NCBI RefSeq assembly: GCF_046293095.1
Contig: NZ_JBKBPN010000008.1
Span: 10,162 to 74,161 of the forward strand
Origin: Thermomonas sp.
Lineage (GTDB): Bacteria > Pseudomonadota > Gammaproteobacteria > Xanthomonadales > Xanthomonadaceae
Length of the DNA stretch: 64,000 nucleotides
Direction of reading: 5' to 3'
Shown: positions 31,660 through 39,570 of the stretch, one piece after another
How the letters are laid out: each line of letters starts with the position of its first letter
Position numbering within the stretch: position 1 is the stretch's first letter
Program-made: the position numbers and the translations under genes
The notes under the pieces: generated by a model
The model's input: the letters and a program-made list of their open reading frames with translations, nothing else
What the model was told of the DNA's origin: nothing
The model's database searches: none

Positions 31660-31941
31660 GCGGTACGGATGGTGCTGGAGCATCAGGGCGAGCACGGATC
31701 GCAGTGGGCGGCGATTGTCTCGATCGCAGGCAAGGTAGGGTGCACGCCCGAGTCGCTGCGTCGCTGGGTCCGTCAGGCCGAGCGTGACCGCGGCTTGCGC
31801 AGCGGGCCGACTACCGACGAGCAGGCGCGGATAAAGGCGTTGGAGCGGGAAGTACGCGAGCTGCGCCAGGCCAACGAGATCCTGCGCAAGGCGTCAGCGT
31901 ATTTTGCCCAGGCGGAGCTCGACCGCCGGTTCAAGCCATGA
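31660..31941 (+). pseudogene. remnant of a second IS3-family orfA (5'-truncated, no orfB)
   Basis: [43 protein letters not shown]...[20 protein letters not shown] is a typical IS3-group OrfA lacking about 20 N-terminal residues. It starts exactly at the right end of the intact IS. Confidence 0.75.
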
Positions 31942-31943
31942 GA

Positions 31944-31988
31944 GGGTCGGCAGGGATTCGTGTAAAAACGGGCCGAAAGTGAGCTAAC
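31944..31988. repeat. possible Tn3-family terminal inverted repeat abutting merR
   Basis: GGGTCGGCAGGGATTCGTGTAAAAACGGGCCGAAAGTGAGCTAAC has a GGG(G)TC outer end and a ...GCTAA inner end containing the merR stop codon, as in Tn21/Tn501-type mer transposons. No second copy is seen in the window. Confidence 0.3.
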
Positions 31989-32409
31989 TGCCTGTCGCAG
32001 CTGGCTTTCTTGGCCGCTCCAGAAAATCGAGGGTTGGGCAGCACTCTCCCGCCGGCACTTGGGCGCACCGCGCTATTTTCTGTTCGAGATCCCTCTCCAG
32101 CTGTCGCAGCTCGCGGATTCGTAGACGGACATCGACGAGCTTTCGCTCGGTCAGCTGACGGGTCTGCTCGCAAGAACGTTCGCCTGTGATCTCTAGCAGG
32201 CCAGCGATCTCGTCGAGGCTGAATCCCATCATCTGAGCGCGCCGGATGAACTGAAGCCGATTGACATCGTTTTCGTCGTAACGACGCACGCCTCCTATGG
32301 GTCGCTCGGGTTGACGCAGCAGCCTACGTCGCTGGTAGTAGCGCACGGTTTCGACGTGCACATCGGCCGCCGCCGCCAGCCGGCTGATCGTAAACGTGTT
32401 CGGACGCAC
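31984..32409 (-). CDS. merR: mercuric resistance regulator MerR
   Basis: HTH ISRLAAAADVHVETVRYYQRRRLL, with Cys residues at a MerR-like spacing (SCEQ ... ECCP). It is divergent from merT across a mer-type dyad. GTG start. Confidence 0.8.
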   Translation of the reverse strand: MRPNTFTISRLAAAADVHVETVRYYQRRRLLRQPERPIGGVRRYDENDVNRLQFIRRAQMMGFSLDEIAGLLEITGERSCEQTRQLTERKLVDVRLRIRELRQLERDLEQKIARCAQVPAGECCPTLDFLERPRKPAATGS

Positions 32410-32450
32410 GGCTTGACTCCGTACCTAGGTACAGAGGCTAGTATGCTCTG
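32410..32450. promoter_or_regulatory. merOP: MerR operator/promoter
   Basis: TTGACT-CCGTACCTAGGTACAGAGG-(C)TAGTAT. The dyad TCCGTAC-CTAG-GTACAGA resembles the Tn501 dyad TCCGTAC-N4-GTACGGA. The spacer is 19-20 bp. Confidence 0.75.
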
Positions 32451-32807
32451 ATGCAAACAACCCCGGCCAAATCGTCTGTTCCAGCCATCGTTGGCGCGAG
32501 CATCGCCGCCATTGGCGCATCGGTCTGCTGCGTCGTGCCGCTGGTGCTGGTCCTGCTGGGCATCAGTGGCGCCTGGATCGGCACCCTGACAGCTCTCGAT
32601 CCCTTGAGGCCCTGGTTCAGCGCCGCCGCCGTACTGTCCTTGGCCGTGGCGTTTTGGATGCTGTATCGACCGGCGGCACGGTGCGGTGTGGATGGCAGTT
32701 GCATCGCCCCGGACGCTCTGCGACGCAGGCGACGTTGGCTCTGGTTGGCGACAGCCCTCATCGTCCTGTTGCTGCTGTTTCCCTATTACATCGTCTGGAT
32801 TCTGTAG
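32451..32807 (+). CDS. merT: mercuric ion transport protein MerT
   Basis: 118 aa. TM1 carries the vicinal Cys pair (ASVCCVVPLVLVLLG), followed by GAWIGTLTALDPLRP and a second Cys pair in the loop. It is co-linear with Tn501 MerT. Confidence 0.85.
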   Translation: MQTTPAKSSVPAIVGASIAAIGASVCCVVPLVLVLLGISGAWIGTLTALDPLRPWFSAAAVLSLAVAFWMLYRPAARCGVDGSCIAPDALRRRRRWLWLATALIVLLLLFPYYIVWIL

Positions 32808-32815
32808 GAGGCGCG

Positions 32816-33103
32816 ATGCACAAGTGGATACTGGCCCTGGTGGCTGCTCTGTCGGTCGGTGCCGCTCTTGCGACGCCCGCAACCGTAGTGATGCTCGATG
32901 CTGAGAACATGACCTGTCCCGCCTGCGGCATCACCATCAGGAAGGCGCTGGAGAAGGTGCCGGGCGTGGCCGATGTGAAGGTGGACACCCGGGCTGAAAC
33001 AGTCACGGTGACGTTCGAATCGAGCCAGACGGATGCAGCCGGAATCGCGCGTGCAGTCACGGAAGCAGGCTTCCCGGCCAAGGTGCGGACTGGCGGTGAG
33101 TGA
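32816..33103 (+). CDS. merP: periplasmic mercuric ion binding protein MerP
   Basis: Signal peptide plus an HMA fold with MTCPACG. Start at the ATG at 32816, in frame within track ORF 32654-33103. Confidence 0.85.
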   Translation: MHKWILALVAALSVGAALATPATVVMLDAENMTCPACGITIRKALEKVPGVADVKVDTRAETVTVTFESSQTDAAGIARAVTEAGFPAKVRTGGE

Positions 33104-33308
33104 CGTCAAGCTGGAAAGCATCTTGACCTGCCCGGAGTGCGGCCATCGGGCGACCGAGACAATGCCCATCACAGCGTGTCAATTCTTCTATGAGTGCACG
33201 GGCTGTGGAGCGGTTTTGCGTCCGCATCAAGGCGACTGCTGTGTGTTCTGCTCGTTCGGAACAGTGCCATGTCCACCGATCCAACAGAACAATCCCTGTT
33301 GTGGTTGA
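33096..33308 (+). CDS. GDCCVxC-domain small Cys-rich protein (mer-associated)
   Basis: (V)SDVKLESILTCPECGH...CQFFYECTGCGAVLRPHQGDCCVFCSFGTVPCPP contains the GDCCVxC signature. GTG start at 33096 overlaps the merP stop. Confidence 0.65.
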   Translation: MSDVKLESILTCPECGHRATETMPITACQFFYECTGCGAVLRPHQGDCCVFCSFGTVPCPPIQQNNPCCG

Positions 33309-34602
33309 ACCGCGGACTCCGATAATAGTTGGACAGACAGGCTGCGAGATCGACTGTGCCACCCTGGAAAGCGCGCCGCTCAACCAGCGGTGTGCATGCG
33401 AAGTGGTCGACATCCTCCGTCTGCACGAGTCGATCCGGGGTGCCTTTCCGGAGTTCACGACTGATCCCGCCGTACACGCGCACTTATTTTCACCCTATGC
33501 CTTGTTCGTTGATCGGCCCGCGTTGGAGGCCATGGGACGAGTCGCGGCGGCGGTCTTCGACGTCGCAGGAAACCCGGGATATAGCCAACGGGTCCTGCAA
33601 TGGGCCCCTGACATTGCAACCCATGATCCGGGTTCGGCGGGGGGCGTCCTGGGTCTGGACTTTCACCTGACGGTCGATGGGCCGCGGCTGATCGAGGTCA
33701 ACACCAATCCAGGCGGTCTGCTCCTCAATGCCTTGTTGCTCGATGCCGTGCGGTCTTGCGCGCCGCCAGCATGGGCCACCTGGACCAACGCGGCCCAAGC
33801 GCGTGATGCGGCCGTCACGGCCTGGATGGAGGATGCTCGGCAGCAATCCGGGCGCACGCCGTCGCGCCTGGCCATCGTGGACAGCACTCCGCGAGCGCAG
33901 TTCCTTTACCCCGAGTTTGAGCTGTACGCGAACGCGTTTCGGGACCATGGCGTGGACTGCGTGATCAGCGCTCCCGAGGATTTGTCGTTTGGTTCGGACG
34001 GGCTTGAGGATGCCCACGGTCGAATCGACACTGTCTACAACCGGTTGACCGATTTCGCGCTCGAGGATGCCTCGCATGCAGACATTCGTGAGGCTTACCT
34101 GGCAGGGGACGTCGCGCTGATGCCGCATCCCCGAGCACACGCGCTGTTTGCCGACAAGCGCAACCTTGCGGTGCTCGGGGACCCGGCTCTGCTCGGCGGG
34201 TTCGGGGTCGATGCGGGTTCGACGGCACTGCTGGGCCAGGTGATCCCGCCCACGGTCGAACTCGTGCCCGCGAACCGGGATGCGTTGTGGGCAGTGCGCA
34301 ACGGATATTTCTTCAAGCCTGCAGCAGGGTTTGGCAGCCGTGGGAGTTATCGGGGCGACAAGTTGACCCGGCGGACTTGGGCGTCTATGGCGTCGGCGAC
34401 CTACATCGCACAGGCCTTCGCGCCACCGAGCATGCGGATCGTGCATGGGGGCCAGTCCCTCAAGGCGGATGTGCGCTGCTTCGCGTCCGAGGCGGGTGTC
34501 CTGTTGTTCGCGGCCAGGCTGTACCAGGGCCAGACCACGAACATGCGCACCCCCGGTGGTGGATTCGCAGCGGTGCTCACGTCGTCACGGATCGAGGAGT
34601 GA
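33301..34602 (+). CDS. hypothetical protein, possibly ATP-grasp-like
   Basis: Long ORF with coding-like GC3. LIEVNTNPGG and VYNRLTDF resemble motifs of (circularly permuted) ATP-grasp enzymes. The start is uncertain: GTG at 33301 was chosen, and the only internal Met is much later. Confidence 0.5.
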   Translation: MVEPRTPIIVGQTGCEIDCATLESAPLNQRCACEVVDILRLHESIRGAFPEFTTDPAVHAHLFSPYALFVDRPALEAMGRVAAAVFDVAGNPGYSQRVLQWAPDIATHDPGSAGGVLGLDFHLTVDGPRLIEVNTNPGGLLLNALLLDAVRSCAPPAWATWTNAAQARDAAVTAWMEDARQQSGRTPSRLAIVDSTPRAQFLYPEFELYANAFRDHGVDCVISAPEDLSFGSDGLEDAHGRIDTVYNRLTDFALEDASHADIREAYLAGDVALMPHPRAHALFADKRNLAVLGDPALLGGFGVDAGSTALLGQVIPPTVELVPANRDALWAVRNGYFFKPAAGFGSRGSYRGDKLTRRTWASMASATYIAQAFAPPSMRIVHGGQSLKADVRCFASEAGVLLFAARLYQGQTTNMRTPGGGFAAVLTSSRIEE

Positions 34603-34638
34603 TTCCCCACCGGAGCCGACCCTTGGGGCGTGTCGTGG

Positions 34639-35742
34639 CTACAGCCAGGCGAGTGCCGATTCAGCCAGTTCGCGTTCCTCATCGATCGCGACGTTCCATA
34701 TGCTCGGCCCGCCGCCGCGGTCGATCCGCGTGGCTCCAGCATCGTTGACGTCAGGTGCCAGCGCCAGGCCGAGCCAGGCCAGTCGCGCGACGATGCGAGC
34801 CCGCAAAACCGGCGCGCGATGGCCGATGCCGCCGGAAAAGACGACATGGTCGAGACCGCCAATTGCCGTGGCCATGGCCGCGATGGACTGCGCAATCCGG
34901 ACTGCAAAGAGCTCCACGGCAAGCTGGGCCTGCGGGCCGGGATCCGTCAGCAACACGCGCATGTCGCCATGGCCGGCGATTCCGGCAAGGCCTGCACTGC
35001 GGTACAGGCCGTTTTCAAGCGCCTGCGCATCCAGGCGTTCATGCCTCAGCAGATACAGCAACGCGCCGGGATCGAGATCTCCGGAGCGGGTAGGGCTCGG
35101 GATTCCACCCAGCGGAGTGAGCGCCATGGTGGTGTCGCGGCTGCGGCCGCCCTCGACGGCGCAGACGCTGCAGCCACCCCCCAGATGCGCGAAGACAGCG
35201 CGGCCCTTCAGGATTCCAGCGTCGTGGCTGGCCAATATGCGGAGCGCGGAGGCAAAGGCGAGTCCATGGAAACCGTAGCGGCGGATGCCCAGCGCATCCC
35301 ATGCTTCAGGGACAGGCAAGCGCCGGCTCCAGGGCGCGAGCGACGCGTGGAAGTCGGTGTCGAAGGCCACGCCTTGGCGCGCGTGCGGCCAACGCATGCG
35401 CGCGGCACGCGCGAAAGCGAGGGCTACCGGCTGGTGCAAGGGTGCGAACGGCACCAATGCATCCAGTTTCGCGAGCACGGTTTCGTCGAGCTCGCGGGCG
35501 TCGTGCAGGTCACCGCCATGTACGATTCGGTGCACCACCACGTCGGGGCTGGGCCACGGCTCCGACAATGCCTCGAGCAGGGTGGCAAGGCGCTCCTGCG
35601 CATCCACGCCGACTGGAATTTCGGCCCGGGAGCGCTCGAGCAGACGAGACTGCGCGCCGTGTCCCTCAGTGTTGAACAGATAGGACGCGCCCTTGAGGGT
35701 GGACGAGCCAACGTTGAGTGCAAGAAGCCGGCGCGTGGTCAC
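34639..35742 (-). CDS. ackA: acetate/propionate kinase
   Basis: LALNVGSSTLKG (phosphate-1 motif), RYGFHGLAF and VVFSGGIG. GTG start at 35740-35742 with GGGGA upstream, 20 nt after the ATPase stop. Confidence 0.8.
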   Translation of the reverse strand: MTTRRLLALNVGSSTLKGASYLFNTEGHGAQSRLLERSRAEIPVGVDAQERLATLLEALSEPWPSPDVVVHRIVHGGDLHDARELDETVLAKLDALVPFAPLHQPVALAFARAARMRWPHARQGVAFDTDFHASLAPWSRRLPVPEAWDALGIRRYGFHGLAFASALRILASHDAGILKGRAVFAHLGGGCSVCAVEGGRSRDTTMALTPLGGIPSPTRSGDLDPGALLYLLRHERLDAQALENGLYRSAGLAGIAGHGDMRVLLTDPGPQAQLAVELFAVRIAQSIAAMATAIGGLDHVVFSGGIGHRAPVLRARIVARLAWLGLALAPDVNDAGATRIDRGGGPSIWNVAIDEERELAESALAWL

Positions 35743-35761
35743 AGGTGTCCCCGAATCATGT

Positions 35762-37837
35762 TCATGGGGACCGCACCGCCCGGCGCAACAACTGCGCATT
35801 GATTGCCACAACGACGGTGCTCAGCGACATGAGCACTGCCCCAAGCGCAGGTTGCAGCAGGATCCCCCATGCGGCGAGAACGCCAGCGGCGAGAGGGATG
35901 GCGACGATGTTGTAGCCGGCGGCCCACCACAGGTTCTGGATCATCTTGCGATAGGTGGCCTTGCTCAATTCGATGATCGCTGGCACGTCGCGCGGGTCGC
36001 TGCGCACGAGTACGACGTCGCCGGCCTCGACCGCGACGTCCGTCCCTGTGCCGATGGCGATGCCGACGTCGGACGTGAGCAGCGCCGGAGCGTCATTGAC
36101 ACCGTCACCCACCATCGCGACGCGCTTGCCCTGGGCCTGCAGCTCCTCGATCTTTGCCACCTTGTCCTCGGGCAATACCTCGGCGAAGACGGTGTCGATG
36201 TTGAGTTCCTTCGCGACCGCGTTTGCGACCGCCGTGGAATCACCCGTCAGCAGGACAACCTCCAGTCCTTCGTCGTGCAGCCGCTTGACCGCGTCGAACG
36301 ATTCGGGACGGATGGCATCCGCGATCGCAAATACGGCGAGCACCCGGTCGCCTTCCACCAGGTAGGTTGCAGATTGACCATCGGCTGCCGCTGATTCGGC
36401 AGCCCGCCGAAGCGTCTCCGGCGGTTCGACCGCGAGCATTCTCAACAGACCCGGCCCGCCAACGTGAAGCGAGCGCTCCTCGACGACTGCGCGCACGCCG
36501 CGTCCCGGCATGGACTCGAAGTCCTGCGACATCGGAACGTCGATGCCATGTTCCTTGGCGCTGGTCATCAGCGCCTGCGCGATCGGATGTTCAGCGTCGC
36601 GCTGGACCGACGCGGCCACGCGAAGCACCTCGTCGTCGGTGAGTCCATCGGCGGCAGTGGTCTTTACGACGCGGTGCGAACCGAGCGTGAGCGTGCCTGT
36701 CTTGTCGAACACGACCGTGTTCAGCAAACGGGCCTCTTCCAGGCCGCGTCGATCGCGCACGAGCAGGCCGTTCCGTGCACCAATCGTGGTCGAGATGGCG
36801 GTCACCAGCGGGATGGCCAAACCCAGCGCATGGGGACAGGCGATCACGAGCACGGTCACTACGCGCTCGATCGTGAAGCTCCACGGTCGACCGAGGAGTG
36901 GCCAGACAATGGCGGTAACCGCGGCGGAGACGATGGCGATGATCGTGAGGTAGAACGCCGCCCGGTCCGCCAGGGCCTGGGCGCGCGAGCGCGACGTCTG
37001 GGCCTGCTCGACGAGCCGCATGATACCCGCGAGCGCGGTCTCGTCGCCGGTTCCCGTCACCTCGACACGCAACGAGCCCTGTCCGTTGACGGTGCCGGCG
37101 ATCACCCGGTCGCCCGTCGACTTGTCCATCGGCTTGGACTCGCCGGTGATCATCGCTTCGTTGACGGCGCTGGTCCCTTCCTTCACGACGCCGTCGGCGG
37201 GAATGCTCGCGCCGGGCCTGATGAGCAGCAGGTCGCCGCGCTTCAGTTCCGCGACGGGGACTTCCTTCGCGGTACCGGCCTCATCCAACCGCACCGCCAT
37301 GTCAGGCAGCAGCTTCGCGAGTTCCTTGAGAGCGCCCTGTGCCTGGTTGATCGAACGCATCTCGATCCAGTGGCCGAGCAACATGATCGCCACCAGCGTC
37401 GCCAGCTCCCACCACAGATCCAGTCCCTCGACAAGGCCGAGCGTGACCACGGCGCTGTAAACAAAGGCGACGGTGATCGCAAGCGAGATCAGCGTCATCA
37501 TCCCCGGCAAACGACTGCGCAGTTCCTGGTATCCGCCGCGGAGGAACGGCGAGCCGCCGTAGAAGTACACGACCGTGCCGAACATCGCGGGGATGTACGC
37601 CGCGCCCGGGAACTGCGGTGCGGTGTAGTCGAACCAATGCTGGATCATCCCGCTCCAGATCAACGTGGGGATGGTCAGCAGCAGCGTGAGCCAGAACTTG
37701 TCGCGGAAGCCCGCCGCGCTGTGGCCGGCATGCTTGTCGTGCCCGGCATGGGCGTCGCCATCGCCACGCTTGCGGGAAACAGGCGATTGTTCGCTATGTG
37801 CCTGGTGATCTTGATGATGGTGGTTGTGTTGCGTCAT
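35762..37837 (-). CDS. heavy-metal P1B-type ATPase with CPH motif and His-rich N-terminus (CopB/P1B-3-like)
   Basis: TGES, TM6 ACPHALGLA, DKTGT and GDGVNDAPAL. The N-terminus MTQHNHHHQDHQAH...HAGHDKHAGH has no CxxC HMA domain. Confidence 0.85.
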   Translation of the reverse strand: MTQHNHHHQDHQAHSEQSPVSRKRGDGDAHAGHDKHAGHSAAGFRDKFWLTLLLTIPTLIWSGMIQHWFDYTAPQFPGAAYIPAMFGTVVYFYGGSPFLRGGYQELRSRLPGMMTLISLAITVAFVYSAVVTLGLVEGLDLWWELATLVAIMLLGHWIEMRSINQAQGALKELAKLLPDMAVRLDEAGTAKEVPVAELKRGDLLLIRPGASIPADGVVKEGTSAVNEAMITGESKPMDKSTGDRVIAGTVNGQGSLRVEVTGTGDETALAGIMRLVEQAQTSRSRAQALADRAAFYLTIIAIVSAAVTAIVWPLLGRPWSFTIERVVTVLVIACPHALGLAIPLVTAISTTIGARNGLLVRDRRGLEEARLLNTVVFDKTGTLTLGSHRVVKTTAADGLTDDEVLRVAASVQRDAEHPIAQALMTSAKEHGIDVPMSQDFESMPGRGVRAVVEERSLHVGGPGLLRMLAVEPPETLRRAAESAAADGQSATYLVEGDRVLAVFAIADAIRPESFDAVKRLHDEGLEVVLLTGDSTAVANAVAKELNIDTVFAEVLPEDKVAKIEELQAQGKRVAMVGDGVNDAPALLTSDVGIAIGTGTDVAVEAGDVVLVRSDPRDVPAIIELSKATYRKMIQNLWWAAGYNIVAIPLAAGVLAAWGILLQPALGAVLMSLSTVVVAINAQLLRRAVRSP

Positions 37838-37952
37838 GGGTCTGCCTTCCTGGATGCACTGATGCACTGGGCGTCAGCGGGGAGATAGATCAGGGGTTTT
37901 GTTACAGACTGTCGGGAAATCGGCCATTCCCGATGTTCGTTGCTCCGGCTGG

Positions 37953-39545
37953 TCACAGGTGCCCCGATCTGGCGATGGCCATTACCAGCCGCAGGGATAG
38001 CAGGCCCGCTGCAGTGAAGGCCAGCACCGCCATGACAGGCAGGTGACCGAACACTTGCGGGCCGTCGGAATGCAGGCTCAACAGCGCACCGCTTACGTAC
38101 AGGCCCAAGGTGACCAGGGCCAACGCCAGCCGGTTGCCCGTGCGCGCGATTGCCTCCTGCGTGGAACTCAGGCCATGGTGGTGTACGGAGAAGGCGGGTC
38201 GTCCGTCGCTCAGTTGCGCCTGCCGCAACAGGTCGGTGGCGATCTGTGGCAGTTGGCGCGCAGTGCGGGCCAGCCGCATGGCAAGCGGCCTGTTGCCGCT
38301 GGGGCGGCTGGCTTCGGCAATGTCGGCGATCGCGGCCGCCTGCGCGGACAGCGTCCCCAGCAGGTCCAGATCCGGATCCAGCGCCCGCAGCGTGTTCTCG
38401 ACCAGGAACAGCGTCCGGATCAGGGACAGCAGGTGGGCCGGAAGCCGGAAGCCAGCGCCCTGCCCAATGCGTGCCACGCGCCAGATTGCCTCGGCAATGG
38501 ACCACTGCGCCAGCGGACGGCTGGCCATCTCGGCCAGGATCAGGTGGATCTCGCGCACATGCGAGCGGCGGTCGACCTGCGGCGGGAAGAAGCCCATGGC
38601 GATCGCTGCATCCAGCACGCCCTCGGCGTCGTCGGCCGCAATGGCCTCGACCATGCCGCCGAGCGCGAGCCGGGATGCAGGGTCGAGCACGCCGATCGAG
38701 CCAAAGTCATGCAGGCACAGGCGACCGTCGTCAAAGAAGAACAGATTCCCCGGGTGCGGGTCGGCATGGAAGACGCCGGCGCCGAAGAGCTGATGCACGT
38801 AGGCACCGAGCAGCGCCCTTGCCAGTGCGGGAGCGGCCGCTGTGCCGTACGCGGCCTCCAGACGGGTCCCGTGGCTTCGATCCTGCACAAGCACGTTGCG
38901 GGTGGCATACGGCTCGACGACGTGCGGCTGGGTGATGCCGGGCAGGGCATCCAGCACCTTGGCCATGCGCCGCATGTTCTGCGCCTCGTGACGCATGTCG
39001 ATCTCGTCACGCAGGAATGCGCCTAGTTCGTCCACCAGTTCGAGCGGCCGGTGGCGTTTCAGTGGCGGCCAGATCCACTGGGCGACGCGCATCGTGCGCC
39101 GCAGGAGCAGCAGATCCGCCTGCACCTGGGCATGGATCCCGGGGCGGGTGATCTTGACGACCACATCGCGACCATCATGCATGCGCGCTGGATGGATCTG
39201 GGCCACTGAAGCCGCGGCCAGGGGCTTGTCATCGAAGCTGGCGAAAAGTTCGCCGACCGGCGCGCCAAACGCCTGTTCGACGATACGCATGGCCTCCTCC
39301 GCCGGGAAGGGGGGCACATCGCTGTGCAATCGCGACAACGCCTCGCGGTAGGGTGCCGGCAGCAGGTCCCAGCGCAGACTCAAGCCTTGGCCCAGCTTGA
39401 CGAAGGTGGTGCCCAACCCCACCAGGGTGGTGCTGACGTATGCGGGGAGCAGGTCGGGTGCGCGCCGGCGCAGGCGCAGCACGGCGACTCCGAGCTTCAG
39501 TCCGGCCCAGGCAATCTGACCTCCGCGCCGCACTGTACCCGCCAT
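37953..39545 (-). CDS. ABC1/UbiB-family atypical kinase
   Basis: AAASVAQIH, VVVKITRPG and FHADPHPGNL motifs, with two C-terminal TM helices. Start at the ATG at 39545, 26 nt after the phosphoketolase stop. Confidence 0.8.
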   Translation of the reverse strand: MAGTVRRGGQIAWAGLKLGVAVLRLRRRAPDLLPAYVSTTLVGLGTTFVKLGQGLSLRWDLLPAPYREALSRLHSDVPPFPAEEAMRIVEQAFGAPVGELFASFDDKPLAAASVAQIHPARMHDGRDVVVKITRPGIHAQVQADLLLLRRTMRVAQWIWPPLKRHRPLELVDELGAFLRDEIDMRHEAQNMRRMAKVLDALPGITQPHVVEPYATRNVLVQDRSHGTRLEAAYGTAAAPALARALLGAYVHQLFGAGVFHADPHPGNLFFFDDGRLCLHDFGSIGVLDPASRLALGGMVEAIAADDAEGVLDAAIAMGFFPPQVDRRSHVREIHLILAEMASRPLAQWSIAEAIWRVARIGQGAGFRLPAHLLSLIRTLFLVENTLRALDPDLDLLGTLSAQAAAIADIAEASRPSGNRPLAMRLARTARQLPQIATDLLRQAQLSDGRPAFSVHHHGLSSTQEAIARTGNRLALALVTLGLYVSGALLSLHSDGPQVFGHLPVMAVLAFTAAGLLSLRLVMAIARSGHL

Positions 39546-39570
39546 CAGCGCGAGGTCCTGGCCGGGCGAC

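Noticed and set aside
33309-34602. A degraded merA downstream of the GDCCVxC gene.
   Set aside because: The translation has no HMA domain, no FAD/NAD(P)-binding GxGxxG/A motif and no redox-active CxxxxC typical of MerA. It looks like an unrelated protein.
37838-37952. The direct repeat GATGCACTGATGCACT upstream of the P-type ATPase, considered as a regulator site or FNR box.
   Set aside because: It is only two 8-mers with no dyad symmetry and no resemblance to TTGAT-N4-ATCAA. Support is too weak to call.
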